A DNA stretch of 64,000 nucleotides from Escherichia coli (GTDB taxonomy: Bacteria; Pseudomonadota; Gammaproteobacteria; Enterobacterales; Enterobacteriaceae). Where the stretch lies: assembly GCF_044647545.1 (NCBI RefSeq), contig NZ_CP172818.1, one strand, 5' to 3'. Position numbers and translations under genes: made by a program. Below are positions 37,504-49,999 of this stretch, piece after piece; the stretch's first letter is position 1; the number at the start of each line of letters is the position of its first letter. A model generated the notes under the pieces. The model was given only the letters and a program-made list of their open reading frames with translations, was not told where the DNA came from and did not search any database.

Positions 37504-37893
37504 ATGATAAGAAATGTGAAAAAACAAAGACCTGTTAATCTGGACCTACAGACCATCCGGTTCCCCGTCACGGCGATAGCGTCCATTCTCCATCGCGTTT
37601 CCGGTGTGATCACCTTTGTTGCAGTGGGCATCCTGCTGTGGCTTCTGGGTACCAGCCTCTCTTCCCCTGAAGGTTTCGAGCAAGCTTCTGCGATTATGGG
37701 CAGCTTCTTCGTCAAATTTATCATGTGGGGCATCCTTACCGCTCTGGCGTATCACGTCGTCGTAGGTATTCGCCACATGATGATGGATTTTGGCTATCTG
37801 GAAGAAACATTCGAAGCGGGTAAACGCTCCGCCAAAATCTCCTTTGTTATTACTGTCGTGCTTTCACTTCTCGCAGGAGTCCTCGTATGGTAA
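37504..37893 (+). CDS. sdhC: Succinate dehydrogenase cytochrome b556 subunit
   Basis: 129 aa from [21 protein letters not shown]. Confidence 0.95.
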
Positions 37894-38234
37894 GCAACGC
37901 CTCCGCATTAGGACGCAATGGCGTACATGATTTCATCCTCGTTCGCGCTACCGCTATCGTCCTGACGCTGTACATCATTTATATGGTCGGTTTTTTCGCT
38001 ACCAGTGGCGAGCTGACATATGAAGTCTGGATTGGTTTCTTCGCCTCTGCGTTCACCAAAGTGTTCACCCTGCTGGCGCTGTTTTCTATCTTGATTCATG
38101 CCTGGATCGGCATGTGGCAGGTGTTGACCGACTACGTTAAACCGCTGGCCTTGCGCCTGATGCTGCAACTGGTGATTGTCGTTGCTCTGGTGGTTTACGT
38201 GATTTATGGATTCGTTGTGGTGTGGGGTGTGTGA
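37887..38234 (+). CDS. sdhD: Succinate dehydrogenase membrane anchor subunit
   Basis: 115-aa ORF; stop overlaps the sdhA ATG. Confidence 0.95.
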
Positions 38235-40000
38235 TGAAATTGCCAGTCAGAGAATTTGATGCAGTTGTGATTGGTGCCGGTGGCGCAGGTATGCGCGCGG
38301 CGCTGCAAATTTCCCAGAGCGGTCAGACCTGTGCGCTGCTCTCTAAAGTCTTCCCGACCCGTTCCCATACCGTGTCTGCGCAAGGCGGCATTACCGTTGC
38401 GCTGGGTAATACCCATGAAGATAACTGGGAATGGCATATGTACGACACCGTAAAAGGTTCGGACTATATCGGTGACCAGGACGCAATTGAATATATGTGT
38501 AAAACCGGGCCGGAAGCGATTCTGGAACTCGAACACATGGGCCTGCCGTTCTCGCGCCTTGATGATGGTCGTATCTATCAACGTCCGTTTGGCGGCCAGT
38601 CGAAAAACTTCGGCGGCGAGCAGGCGGCACGCACTGCGGCGGCAGCTGACCGTACCGGTCACGCACTGTTGCACACCCTTTATCAGCAGAACCTGAAAAA
38701 CCATACAACCATTTTCTCCGAGTGGTATGCGCTGGATCTGGTGAAGAACCAGGATGGCGCAGTGGTCGGTTGTACCGCATTGTGCATCGAAACTGGTGAA
38801 GTGGTTTATTTCAAAGCCCGCGCTACCGTGCTGGCGACTGGCGGGGCAGGGCGTATTTATCAGTCCACCACTAACGCCCACATTAACACTGGCGACGGCG
38901 TCGGCATGGCTATCCGCGCAGGCGTACCGGTGCAGGATATGGAAATGTGGCAGTTCCACCCGACCGGCATTGCAGGTGCGGGCGTACTGGTCACCGAAGG
39001 TTGCCGTGGTGAAGGCGGTTATCTGCTGAACAAACATGGCGAACGCTTTATGGAGCGTTATGCGCCGAACGCCAAAGACCTGGCGGGCCGTGACGTGGTG
39101 GCGCGTTCCATCATGATCGAAATCCGTGAAGGTCGCGGCTGTGATGGTCCGTGGGGGCCACACGCGAAACTGAAACTCGATCACCTGGGTAAAGAAGTTC
39201 TCGAATCCCGTCTGCCGGGTATTCTGGAACTCTCCCGTACCTTCGCTCACGTTGATCCGGTGAAAGAGCCGATTCCGGTTATCCCAACCTGTCACTACAT
39301 GATGGGCGGTATTCCGACCAAAGTGACCGGTCAGGCGCTGACGGTGAACGAGAAAGGCGAAGATGTGGTTGTTCCGGGGCTGTTTGCCGTTGGTGAAATC
39401 GCTTGTGTATCGGTACACGGCGCTAACCGTCTGGGCGGCAACTCGCTGCTGGACCTGGTGGTCTTTGGTCGCGCAGCGGGTCTGCATCTGCAAGAGTCTA
39501 TCGCCGAGCAGGGCGCACTGCGCGATGCCAGCGAGTCTGATGTTGAAGCGTCTCTGGATCGCCTGAACCGCTGGAACAATAACCGTAACGGTGAAGATCC
39601 GGTGGCGATCCGTAAAGCACTGCAAGAATGTATGCAGCATAACTTCTCGGTCTTCCGTGAAGGTGATGCGATGGCGAAAGGGCTTGAGCAGTTGAAAGTT
39701 ATCCGCGAGCGTCTGAAAAATGCCCGTCTGGATGACACTTCCAGCGAGTTCAACACCCAGCGCGTTGAGTGCCTGGAACTGGATAACCTGATGGAAACGG
39801 CGTATGCAACGGCTGTTTCTGCCAACTTCCGTACCGAAAGCCGTGGCGCGCATAGCCGCTTCGACTTCCCGGATCGCGATGATGAAAACTGGCTGTGCCA
39901 CTCCCTGTATCTGCCAGAGTCGGAATCCATGACGCGCCGAAGCGTCAACATGGAACCGAAACTGCGCCCGGCATTCCCGCCGAAGATTCGTACTTACTAA
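38234..40000 (+). CDS. sdhA: Succinate dehydrogenase flavoprotein subunit
   Basis: 588 aa from [23 protein letters not shown]. Confidence 0.95.
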   Translation: MKLPVREFDAVVIGAGGAGMRAALQISQSGQTCALLSKVFPTRSHTVSAQGGITVALGNTHEDNWEWHMYDTVKGSDYIGDQDAIEYMCKTGPEAILELEHMGLPFSRLDDGRIYQRPFGGQSKNFGGEQAARTAAAADRTGHALLHTLYQQNLKNHTTIFSEWYALDLVKNQDGAVVGCTALCIETGEVVYFKARATVLATGGAGRIYQSTTNAHINTGDGVGMAIRAGVPVQDMEMWQFHPTGIAGAGVLVTEGCRGEGGYLLNKHGERFMERYAPNAKDLAGRDVVARSIMIEIREGRGCDGPWGPHAKLKLDHLGKEVLESRLPGILELSRTFAHVDPVKEPIPVIPTCHYMMGGIPTKVTGQALTVNEKGEDVVVPGLFAVGEIACVSVHGANRLGGNSLLDLVVFGRAAGLHLQESIAEQGALRDASESDVEASLDRLNRWNNNRNGEDPVAIRKALQECMQHNFSVFREGDAMAKGLEQLKVIRERLKNARLDDTSSEFNTQRVECLELDNLMETAYATAVSANFRTESRGAHSRFDFPDRDDENWLCHSLYLPESESMTRRSVNMEPKLRPAFPPKIRTY

Positions 40001-40015
40001 TGCGGAGACAGGAAA

Positions 40016-40732
40016 ATGAGACTCGAGTTTTCAATTTATCGCTATAACCCGGATGTTGATGATGCTCCGCGTATGCAGGATTACACCCTGGAAGCGGAAG
40101 AAGGTCGCGACATGATGCTGCTGGATGCGCTTATCCAGCTGAAAGAGAAAGATCCCAGCCTGTCGTTCCGTCGCTCCTGCCGTGAAGGTGTGTGCGGTTC
40201 CGACGGTCTGAACATGAACGGTAAGAATGGTCTGGCCTGTATTACCCCGATTTCGGCACTCAACCAGCCGGGCAAGAAGATTGTGATTCGCCCGCTGCCA
40301 GGTTTACCGGTGATCCGCGATTTGGTGGTAGACATGGGACAATTCTATGCGCAATATGAGAAAATTAAGCCTTACCTGTTGAATAATGGACAAAATCCGC
40401 CAGCTCGCGAGCATTTACAGATGCCAGAGCAGCGCGAAAAACTCGACGGGTTGTATGAATGTATTCTCTGCGCATGTTGTTCAACCTCTTGTCCGTCTTT
40501 CTGGTGGAATCCCGATAAGTTTATCGGCCCGGCAGGCTTGTTAGCGGCATATCGTTTCCTGATCGATAGCCGTGATACCGAGACTGACAGCCGCCTCGAC
40601 GGTTTGAGCGATGCATTCAGTGTATTCCGCTGTCACAGCATCATGAACTGCGTCAGTGTATGTCCGAAGGGGCTGAACCCGACGCGCGCCATCGGCCATA
40701 TCAAGTCGATGTTGTTGCAACGTAATGCGTAA
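40016..40732 (+). CDS. sdhB: Succinate dehydrogenase iron-sulfur subunit
   Basis: 238-aa ORF with Fe-S cysteine clusters. Confidence 0.95.
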   Translation: MRLEFSIYRYNPDVDDAPRMQDYTLEAEEGRDMMLLDALIQLKEKDPSLSFRRSCREGVCGSDGLNMNGKNGLACITPISALNQPGKKIVIRPLPGLPVIRDLVVDMGQFYAQYEKIKPYLLNNGQNPPAREHLQMPEQREKLDGLYECILCACCSTSCPSFWWNPDKFIGPAGLLAAYRFLIDSRDTETDSRLDGLSDAFSVFRCHSIMNCVSVCPKGLNPTRAIGHIKSMLLQRNA

Positions 40733-40912
40733 TTAATGTCGGGAATTCAGGAAATCTTTAAAAACTGCCCCTGACACTAAGACAGTTTTTAAAGGTTCCT
40801 TCGCGAGCCACTACGTAGACAAGAGCTCGCAAGTGAACCCCGGCACGCACATCACTGTGCGTGGTAGTATCCACGGCGAAGTAAGCATAAAAAAGATGCT
40901 TAAGGGATCACG

Positions 40913-43714
40913 ATGCAGAACAGCGCTTTGAAAGCCTGGTTGGACTCTTCTTACCTCTCTGGCGCAAACCAGAGCTGGATAGAACAGCTCTATGAAGACT
41001 TCTTAACCGATCCTGACTCGGTTGACGCTAACTGGCGTTCGACGTTCCAGCAGTTACCTGGTACGGGAGTCAAACCGGATCAATTCCACTCTCAAACGCG
41101 TGAATATTTCCGCCGCCTGGCGAAAGACGCTTCACGTTACTCTTCAACGATCTCCGACCCTGACACCAATGTGAAGCAGGTTAAAGTCCTGCAGCTCATT
41201 AACGCATACCGCTTCCGTGGTCACCAGCATGCGAATCTCGATCCGCTGGGACTGTGGCAGCAAGATAAAGTGGCCGATCTGGATCCGTCTTTCCACGATC
41301 TGACCGAAGCAGACTTCCAGGAGACCTTCAACGTCGGTTCATTTGCCAGCGGCAAAGAAACCATGAAACTCGGCGAGCTGCTGGAAGCCCTCAAGCAAAC
41401 CTACTGCGGCCCGATTGGTGCCGAGTATATGCACATCACCAGCACCGAAGAAAAACGCTGGATCCAACAGCGTATCGAGTCTGGTCGCGCGACTTTCAAT
41501 AGCGAAGAGAAAAAACGCTTCTTAAGCGAACTGACCGCCGCTGAAGGCCTTGAACGTTACCTCGGCGCAAAATTCCCTGGCGCAAAACGCTTCTCGCTGG
41601 AAGGCGGTGACGCGTTAATCCCGATGCTTAAAGAGATGATCCGCCACGCTGGCAACAGCGGCACCCGCGAAGTGGTTCTCGGGATGGCGCACCGTGGTCG
41701 TCTGAACGTGCTGGTGAACGTGCTGGGTAAAAAACCGCAAGACTTGTTCGACGAGTTTGCCGGTAAACATAAAGAACACCTCGGCACGGGCGACGTGAAA
41801 TACCACATGGGCTTCTCGTCTGACTTCCAGACCGATGGCGGCCTGGTGCACCTGGCGCTGGCGTTTAACCCGTCTCACCTTGAGATTGTCAGCCCGGTAG
41901 TTATCGGTTCTGTTCGTGCCCGTCTGGACAGACTCGATGAGCCGAGCAGCAACAAAGTGCTGCCAATCACCATCCACGGTGACGCCGCAGTGACCGGGCA
42001 GGGCGTGGTTCAGGAAACCCTGAACATGTCGAAAGCGCGTGGTTATGAAGTTGGCGGTACGGTACGTATCGTTATCAACAACCAGGTTGGCTTCACCACC
42101 TCTAACCCGCTGGATGCCCGTTCGACGCCGTACTGTACTGATATCGGTAAGATGGTTCAGGCACCGATTTTCCACGTTAATGCGGATGATCCGGAAGCCG
42201 TTGCCTTTGTTACCCGTCTGGCGCTCGATTTCCGTAACACCTTTAAACGTGATGTCTTCATCGACCTGGTATGCTACCGCCGTCACGGCCACAACGAAGC
42301 CGACGAGCCGAGCGCAACCCAGCCGCTGATGTATCAGAAAATCAAAAAACATCCGACGCCGCGCAAAATCTACGCTGACAAGCTGGAGCAGGAAAAAGTC
42401 GCGACGCTGGAAGATGCCACCGAGATGGTTAACCTGTACCGCGATGCGCTGGATGCTGGCGATTGCGTGGTAGCAGAGTGGCGTCCGATGAACATGCACT
42501 CCTTCACCTGGTCGCCGTACCTCAACCACGAATGGGACGAAGAGTACCCGAACAAAGTTGAGATGAAGCGCCTGCAGGAGTTGGCTAAACGCATCAGTAC
42601 GGTGCCGGAAGCCATTGAAATGCAGTCTCGCGTTGCCAAGATTTATGGCGACCGTCAGGCGATGGCAGCCGGTGAAAAACTGTTCGACTGGGGCGGCGCG
42701 GAAAACCTCGCTTACGCCACGCTGGTTGACGAAGGCATTCCGGTTCGCCTGTCGGGTGAAGACTCCGGTCGCGGTACCTTCTTCCACCGCCACGCGGTGA
42801 TCCACAACCAGTCTAACGGTTCAACTTACACGCCGCTGCAACATATCCATAACGGTCAGGGCGCGTTCCGTGTCTGGGATTCCGTACTGTCAGAAGAAGC
42901 CGTGCTGGCGTTTGAATACGGTTATGCCACCGCAGAACCGCGCACACTGACTATCTGGGAAGCACAGTTCGGTGACTTTGCCAACGGTGCTCAGGTGGTT
43001 ATCGACCAGTTCATCTCTTCTGGCGAGCAGAAATGGGGCCGGATGTGTGGCCTGGTGATGTTGTTGCCGCACGGTTACGAAGGGCAGGGGCCGGAGCACT
43101 CCTCCGCGCGTCTGGAACGTTATCTGCAACTTTGCGCTGAGCAAAACATGCAGGTGTGCGTACCGTCTACCCCGGCACAGGTTTACCACATGCTGCGTCG
43201 TCAGGCGCTGCGCGGGATGCGTCGTCCGCTGGTCGTGATGTCGCCGAAATCCCTGCTGCGTCATCCGCTGGCGGTTTCCAGCCTCGAAGAACTGGCGAAC
43301 GGCACCTTCCTGCCAGCCATCGGTGAAATCGACGAGCTTGATCCGAAGGGCGTGAAGCGCGTAGTGATGTGTTCTGGTAAGGTTTATTACGACCTGCTGG
43401 AACAACGTCGTAAGAACAATCAACACGATGTCGCCATTGTGCGTATCGAGCAACTCTACCCGTTCCCGCATAAAGCGATGCAGGAAGTGTTGCAGCAGTT
43501 TGCTCACGTCAAGGATTTTGTCTGGTGCCAGGAAGAGCCGCTCAATCAGGGCGCATGGTACTGCAGCCAGCATCATTTCCGTGAAGTGATTCCGTTTGGG
43601 GCTTCTCTGCGTTATGCAGGCCGCCCGGCCTCCGCCTCTCCGGCGGTAGGGTATATGTCCGTTCACCAGAAACAGCAACAAGATCTGGTTAATGACGCGC
43701 TGAACGTCGAATAA
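40913..43714 (+). CDS. sucA: 2-oxoglutarate dehydrogenase E1 component
   Basis: 933-aa [41 protein letters not shown]... Confidence 0.95.
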   Translation: MQNSALKAWLDSSYLSGANQSWIEQLYEDFLTDPDSVDANWRSTFQQLPGTGVKPDQFHSQTREYFRRLAKDASRYSSTISDPDTNVKQVKVLQLINAYRFRGHQHANLDPLGLWQQDKVADLDPSFHDLTEADFQETFNVGSFASGKETMKLGELLEALKQTYCGPIGAEYMHITSTEEKRWIQQRIESGRATFNSEEKKRFLSELTAAEGLERYLGAKFPGAKRFSLEGGDALIPMLKEMIRHAGNSGTREVVLGMAHRGRLNVLVNVLGKKPQDLFDEFAGKHKEHLGTGDVKYHMGFSSDFQTDGGLVHLALAFNPSHLEIVSPVVIGSVRARLDRLDEPSSNKVLPITIHGDAAVTGQGVVQETLNMSKARGYEVGGTVRIVINNQVGFTTSNPLDARSTPYCTDIGKMVQAPIFHVNADDPEAVAFVTRLALDFRNTFKRDVFIDLVCYRRHGHNEADEPSATQPLMYQKIKKHPTPRKIYADKLEQEKVATLEDATEMVNLYRDALDAGDCVVAEWRPMNMHSFTWSPYLNHEWDEEYPNKVEMKRLQELAKRISTVPEAIEMQSRVAKIYGDRQAMAAGEKLFDWGGAENLAYATLVDEGIPVRLSGEDSGRGTFFHRHAVIHNQSNGSTYTPLQHIHNGQGAFRVWDSVLSEEAVLAFEYGYATAEPRTLTIWEAQFGDFANGAQVVIDQFISSGEQKWGRMCGLVMLLPHGYEGQGPEHSSARLERYLQLCAEQNMQVCVPSTPAQVYHMLRRQALRGMRRPLVVMSPKSLLRHPLAVSSLEELANGTFLPAIGEIDELDPKGVKRVVMCSGKVYYDLLEQRRKNNQHDVAIVRIEQLYPFPHKAMQEVLQQFAHVKDFVWCQEEPLNQGAWYCSQHHFREVIPFGASLRYAGRPASASPAVGYMSVHQKQQQDLVNDALNVE

Positions 43715-43728
43715 ATAAAGGATACACA

Positions 43729-44946
43729 ATGAGTAGCGTAGATATTCTGGTCCCTGACCTGCCTGAATCCGTAGCCGATGCCACCGTCGCAACCTGGCAT
43801 AAAAAACCCGGCGACGCAGTCGTACGTGATGAAGTGCTGGTAGAAATCGAAACTGACAAAGTGGTACTGGAAGTACCGGCATCAGCAGACGGCATTCTGG
43901 ATGCGGTTCTGGAAGATGAAGGTACAACGGTAACGTCTCGTCAGATCCTTGGTCGCCTGCGTGAAGGCAACAGCGCGGGTAAAGAAACCAGCGCCAAATC
44001 TGAAGAGAAAGCGTCCACTCCGGCGCAACGCCAGCAGGCGTCTCTGGAAGAGCAAAACAACGATGCGTTAAGCCCGGCGATCCGTCGCCTGCTGGCTGAA
44101 CATAACCTCGACGCCAGCGCCATTAAAGGCACCGGTGTGGGTGGTCGTCTGACCCGTGAAGATGTGGAAAAACATCTGGCGAAAGCCCCGGCGAAAGAGT
44201 CTGCTCCGGCAGCGGCTGCTCCGGCGGCGCAACCGGCCCTGGCTGCACGTAGCGAAAAACGTGTGCCGATGACTCGCCTGCGTAAGCGTGTGGCAGAGCG
44301 TCTGCTGGAAGCGAAAAACTCCACCGCCATGCTGACCACGTTCAACGAAGTCAACATGAAGCCGATTATGGATCTGCGTAAGCAGTACGGTGAAGCGTTT
44401 GAAAAACGCCACGGCATCCGTCTGGGCTTTATGTCCTTCTACGTGAAAGCGGTGGTTGAAGCCCTGAAACGTTACCCGGAAGTGAATGCTTCTATCGACG
44501 GCGATGACGTGGTTTACCACAACTATTTCGACGTCAGCATGGCGGTTTCTACGCCGCGCGGCCTGGTGACGCCGGTACTGCGTGATGTCGATACCCTCGG
44601 TATGGCAGACATTGAGAAGAAAATTAAAGAGCTGGCTGTTAAAGGCCGTGACGGCAAGCTGACGGTTGAAGATCTGACCGGTGGCAACTTCACCATCACC
44701 AACGGTGGTGTGTTCGGTTCCCTGATGTCTACGCCTATCATCAACCCGCCGCAGAGCGCAATTTTGGGTATGCACGCTATCAAAGATCGTCCGATGGCCG
44801 TGAATGGTCAGGTTGAGATCCTGCCGATGATGTACCTGGCGCTGTCCTACGATCACCGTCTGATCGATGGTCGCGAATCCGTGGGCTTCCTGGTAACGAT
44901 CAAAGAGTTGCTGGAAGATCCGACGCGTCTGCTGCTGGACGTGTAG
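43729..44946 (+). CDS. sucB: Dihydrolipoyllysine-residue succinyltransferase (E2)
   Basis: 405-aa ORF with lipoyl domain, Ala/Pro linker and catalytic domain. Confidence 0.95.
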
Positions 44947-45035
44947 TAGTTTAAGTTTCACCTGCACTGTAGACCGACGGGATGTGTCGGTCTACGGTTT
45001 AAAAGATAACGATTACTGAAGGATGGACAGAACAC

Positions 45036-46202
45036 ATGAACTTACATGAATATCAGGCAAAACAACTTTTTGCCCGCTATGGCTTACCAGCACCGGTGGG
45101 TTATGCCTGTACTACTCCGCGCGAAGCAGAAGAAGCCGCTTCAAAAATCGGTGCCGGTCCGTGGGTAGTGAAATGTCAGGTTCACGCTGGTGGCCGCGGT
45201 AAAGCGGGCGGTGTGAAAGTGGTAAACAGCAAAGAAGACATCCGTGCTTTTGCAGAAAACTGGCTGGGCAAGCGTCTGGTAACGTATCAAACAGATGCCA
45301 ATGGCCAACCGGTTAACCAGATTCTGGTTGAAGCAGCGACCGATATCGCTAAAGAGCTGTATCTCGGTGCCGTTGTAGACCGTAGTTCACGTCGCGTGGT
45401 CTTTATGGCCTCCACCGAAGGCGGCGTGGAAATCGAAAAAGTGGCGGAAGAAACTCCGCACCTGATCCACAAAGTTGCGCTTGATCCGCTGACTGGCCCG
45501 ATGCCGTATCAAGGACGCGAGCTGGCGTTCAAACTGGGTCTGGAAGGTAAACTGGTTCAGCAGTTCACCAAAATCTTCATGGGCCTGGCGACCATTTTCC
45601 TGGAGCGCGACCTGGCGCTGATCGAAATCAACCCGCTGGTCATCACCAAACAGGGCGATCTGATTTGCCTCGACGGCAAACTGGGCGCTGATGGCAACGC
45701 ACTGTTCCGCCAGCCTGATCTGCGCGAAATGCGTGACCAGTCGCAGGAAGATCCGCGTGAAGCACAGGCTGCACAGTGGGAACTGAACTACGTTGCGCTG
45801 GACGGTAACATCGGTTGTATGGTTAACGGCGCAGGCCTGGCGATGGGCACCATGGACATCGTTAAACTGCACGGCGGCGAACCAGCTAACTTCCTGGACG
45901 TTGGCGGCGGCGCAACCAAAGAGCGCGTAACCGAAGCGTTCAAAATCATCCTCTCTGACGACAAAGTGAAAGCCGTTCTGGTTAACATCTTCGGCGGTAT
46001 CGTTCGTTGCGACCTGATCGCTGACGGTATCATCGGCGCGGTAGCGGAAGTGGGTGTTAACGTACCGGTCGTGGTACGTCTGGAAGGTAACAACGCCGAA
46101 CTCGGCGCGAAGAAACTGGCTGACAGCGGCCTGAATATTATTGCAGCAAAAGGTCTGACGGATGCAGCTCAGCAGGTTGTTGCCGCAGTGGAGGGGAAAT
46201 AA
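45036..46202 (+). CDS. sucC: Succinyl-CoA synthetase beta subunit
   Basis: 388-aa [23 protein letters not shown]...; TAATG overlap with sucD. Confidence 0.95.
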
Positions 46203-47071
46203 TGTCCATTTTAATTGATAAAAACACCAAGGTTATCTGCCAGGGCTTTACCGGTAGCCAGGGGACTTTCCACTCAGAACAGGCTATTGCATACGGCACT
46301 AAAATGGTTGGCGGCGTAACCCCAGGTAAAGGCGGCACCACCCACCTCGGCCTGCCGGTGTTCAACACCGTGCGTGAAGCTGTTGCTGCTACTGGCGCTA
46401 CCGCTTCTGTTATCTACGTACCAGCACCGTTCTGCAAAGACTCCATTCTGGAAGCTATTGATGCAGGCATCAAACTGATTATCACCATCACTGAAGGCAT
46501 CCCGACGCTGGATATGCTGACCGTGAAGGTGAAACTGGATGAAGCGGGCGTTCGCATGATCGGCCCGAACTGCCCAGGCGTTATCACTCCGGGTGAATGC
46601 AAAATCGGTATCCAGCCTGGTCACATTCACAAACCGGGTAAAGTGGGTATCGTTTCCCGTTCCGGTACACTGACCTATGAAGCGGTTAAACAGACCACGG
46701 ATTACGGTTTCGGTCAGTCGACCTGTGTTGGTATCGGCGGCGACCCGATCCCTGGCTCTAACTTTATCGACATCCTCGAAATGTTCGAAAAAGATCCGCA
46801 GACCGAAGCGATCGTGATGATCGGTGAGATCGGCGGTAGCGCTGAAGAAGAAGCGGCTGCGTACATCAAAGAGCACGTTACCAAGCCTGTTGTGGGTTAC
46901 ATCGCTGGTGTGACTGCGCCGAAAGGCAAACGTATGGGCCACGCGGGTGCGATCATTGCCGGTGGGAAAGGGACTGCGGATGAGAAATTCGCTGCTCTGG
47001 AAGCCGCAGGCGTGAAAACCGTTCGCAGCCTGGCTGATATCGGTGAAGCACTGAAAACTGTTCTGAAATAA
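46202..47071 (+). CDS. sucD: Succinyl-CoA synthetase alpha subunit
   Basis: 289-aa [27 protein letters not shown]... Confidence 0.95.
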
Positions 47072-47170
47072 ATATCTGTAATAAGAAATAGCCCTCGCCG
47101 CTTCCCTCTACAGGAATGGCGAAGGGCTGTCGGTTTCGACATGGTTGGCCATCATATGATGGCCTTTTTT
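47072..47170 (+). ncRNA. sdhX: sucD 3' UTR with terminator hairpin; candidate SdhX (RybD) 3'-UTR-derived sRNA
   Basis: Hairpin ggcc-atcatatgat-ggcc at 47147-47164 followed by tttttt; assigned by position after sucD; boundaries approximate. Confidence 0.45.
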
Positions 47171-47174
47171 ATGC

Positions 47175-47897
47175 TTATCGCGATGATTTTCGCTGCGCTA
47201 TCAGGGTAAATTTATAGTCATCGGTATTAAAAGCGTTGCGGCTATATTCAAACACCCGACCATCAACTAAATATCCACGCGATACTTTTTCAAGAATCGG
47301 CTTTGTCTGGCTGATATTAAGCAGACGGCTCATCTCTTCGGTTGGCATCAGAGGAATGATTTCCTGTTCGCTACGATCGATAACCATTTTCTTCACTTCT
47401 TCGATAAAGTGATATTTCGAATTTTCCATGACCTGCCAGGTGAGATCCGGGAACAACGCAAGCGGCATCCAGGTTTCTTCCAGCGCCATTGGCTTTTGCT
47501 TGCGATAGCGCACGCGCTTCACATGCCACACACGATCCTGCGGGGTGATTTGTAGCTGTTGCTGAAGAAAATCGTCAGCCGGAATCACTTCGAATATCAG
47601 AACTTCACTGTGTGTATCGACGTGACGGTCCGACAGTTTTTCATCAAAACTGGTTAACTGAAAAATATCGTAATTGACCCGCTCTTCTTTGACGTAAGTC
47701 CCGCTGCCCTGAATGCTTTCGAGGATCTGCTGCTCGACTAGCTGGCGCAAAGCCTGACGCACCGTAACCCGGCTGACGCCAAACTCTGTTTGTAGCGCTG
47801 ATTCAGTGGGTAACGCATCGCCAGGTTTAAGCTCGCCACGCGCAATTTGTTCACGAATGCGATCGGCAATCTGCCGGTATAAGGGCTTGTGTCCCAT
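47175..47897 (-). CDS. mngR: GntR-family transcriptional regulator of mannosyl-D-glycerate uptake
   Basis: 240-aa ORF with N-terminal GntR helix-turn-helix and UTRA-like C-terminal domain. Confidence 0.9.
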   Translation of the reverse strand: MGHKPLYRQIADRIREQIARGELKPGDALPTESALQTEFGVSRVTVRQALRQLVEQQILESIQGSGTYVKEERVNYDIFQLTSFDEKLSDRHVDTHSEVLIFEVIPADDFLQQQLQITPQDRVWHVKRVRYRKQKPMALEETWMPLALFPDLTWQVMENSKYHFIEEVKKMVIDRSEQEIIPLMPTEEMSRLLNISQTKPILEKVSRGYLVDGRVFEYSRNAFNTDDYKFTLIAQRKSSR

Positions 47898-48005
47898 TTT
47901 TAGTATCTCATTAATACGAATTTAACCATTATGCCCGATAAATTCATCCTGTAAATAATACAAATACAATACAAATAATTTCAATCAAGTGAAATTGATC
48001 ACATA

Positions 48006-49982
48006 ATGGTATTGTTTTATCGGGCACACTGGCGCGACTATAAAAACGATCAAGTGAGGATCATGATGAATCTGACGACTCTGACCCACCGCGATGCGTT
48101 GTGTCTGAATGCGCGCTTTACCAGCCGTGAAGAGGCCATCCACGCGTTGACTCAACGTCTTGCTGCTCTGGGGAAAATTTCCAGTACTGAGCAATTTCTG
48201 GAAGAAGTGTATCGCCGTGAAAGCCTTGGCCCGACCGCCTTAGGTGAAGGGTTGGCTGTGCCGCATGGCAAAACTGCTGCGGTAAAAGAAGCGGCGTTTG
48301 CGGTCGCCACACTCAGCGAGCCGCTTCAGTGGGAAGGCGTTGATGGCCCGGAAGCAGTTGATTTAGTGGTGCTGCTGGCGATTCCCCCCAATGAAGCGGG
48401 TACTACGCATATGCAACTGCTGACAGCGCTGACCACGCGCCTTGCGGATGATGAGATTCGGGCGCGTATACAGTCGGCGACGACGCCTGATGAGTTGCTC
48501 TCGGCGCTGGATGACAAGGGAGGCACGCAACCTTCTGCCTCTTTTTCCAACGCGCCAACTATCGTCTGCGTAACGGCCTGTCCGGCGGGTATTGCTCACA
48601 CCTATATGGCTGCGGAATATCTGGAAAAAGCCGGACGCAAACTCGGCGTAAATGTTTACGTTGAAAAACAAGGCGCTAACGGCATTGAAGGGCGTTTAAC
48701 GGCGGATCAACTCAATAGTGCAACCGCCTGTATTTTTGCGGCTGAAGTCGCCATCAAGGAGAGTGAGCGTTTTAATGGCATTCCCGCGCTTTCAGTGCCT
48801 GTTGCCGAGCCGATTCGCCATGCAGAAGCGTTGATCCAACAAGCGCTTACCCTCAAGCGTAGCGATGAGACGCGTACCGTACAGCAAGATACGCAACCGG
48901 TGAAAAGTGTCAAAACGGAGCTGAAACAGGCACTGTTGAGCGGAATCTCTTTTGCCGTACCGTTGATTGTCGCGGGGGGCACGGTGCTGGCGGTCGCGGT
49001 ATTACTGTCGCAAATCTTCGGGCTACAAGATCTGTTTAATGAAGAAAACTCCTGGCTGTGGATGTACCGCAAGCTGGGCGGCGGGCTGCTCGGAATTTTG
49101 ATGGTACCGGTGCTCGCGGCCTATACCGCCTATTCTCTGGCAGATAAACCGGCGTTAGCGCCAGGCTTTGCGGCTGGACTTGCCGCCAACATGATCGGCT
49201 CCGGGTTTCTCGGCGCGGTCGTTGGCGGATTGATAGCCGGTTACTTGATGCGCTGGGTGAAAAATCACTTGCGTCTTAGCAGTAAATTCAATGGATTCCT
49301 GACTTTTTATCTCTACCCGGTGCTCGGTACGTTGGGAGCGGGCAGTCTGATGCTGTTTGTGGTGGGGGAACCTGTCGCCTGGATCAATAACTCGCTTACC
49401 GCCTGGCTGAACGGTCTGTCAGGAAGTAACGCGCTGTTGCTGGGTGCCATTCTCGGTTTTATGTGTTCCTTTGACCTTGGAGGGCCAGTGAATAAAGCCG
49501 CTTATGCATTCTGCCTGGGCGCAATGGCGAACGGCGTTTACGGCCCGTATGCCATTTTCGCCTCCGTCAAAATGGTTTCGGCATTTACCGTAACCGCTTC
49601 CACGATGCTCGCACCGCGCCTGTTTAAAGAGTTTGAAATTGAGACCGGGAAATCCACCTGGCTGTTAGGGCTGGCAGGTATTACCGAAGGGGCGATCCCG
49701 ATGGCGATTGAAGATCCGCTGCGGGTTATTGGTTCGTTTGTGCTGGGCTCTATGGTAACGGGCGCTATTGTCGGTGCGATGAATATCGGCCTTTCGACAC
49801 CCGGTGCCGGCATTTTCTCGCTCTTTTTACTTCATGATAATGGCGCGGGCGGTGTTATGGCGGCAATTGGCTGGTTTGGCGCGGCATTGGTGGGGGCTGC
49901 AATCTCGACTGCAATTCTCCTGATGTGGCGGCGTCACGCGGTTAAGCATGGCAACTATCTGACTGATGGCGTAATGCCATAA
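48006..49982 (+). CDS. mngA: PTS 2-O-alpha-mannosyl-D-glycerate-specific EIIABC component; start uncertain (48006 or 48066)
   Basis: 658-aa open frame with fructose-type PTS domains; the in-frame ATG at 48066 has a strong GAGGA Shine-Dalgarno, the one at 48006 has none. Confidence 0.85.
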
Positions 49983-49999
49983 ACAAAAAGGAAACGACG

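Noticed and set aside
38204-39901. 565-aa antisense ORF opposite sdhA; similar long antisense ORFs opposite sucA (41615-42805, 42890-43927), cydA (53891-54829) and kdpB (9330-10106)
   Set aside because: The sense-strand proteins are unmistakable SdhA, SucA, CydA and KdpB. The antisense frames have no recognisable domains and arise from codon-usage bias.
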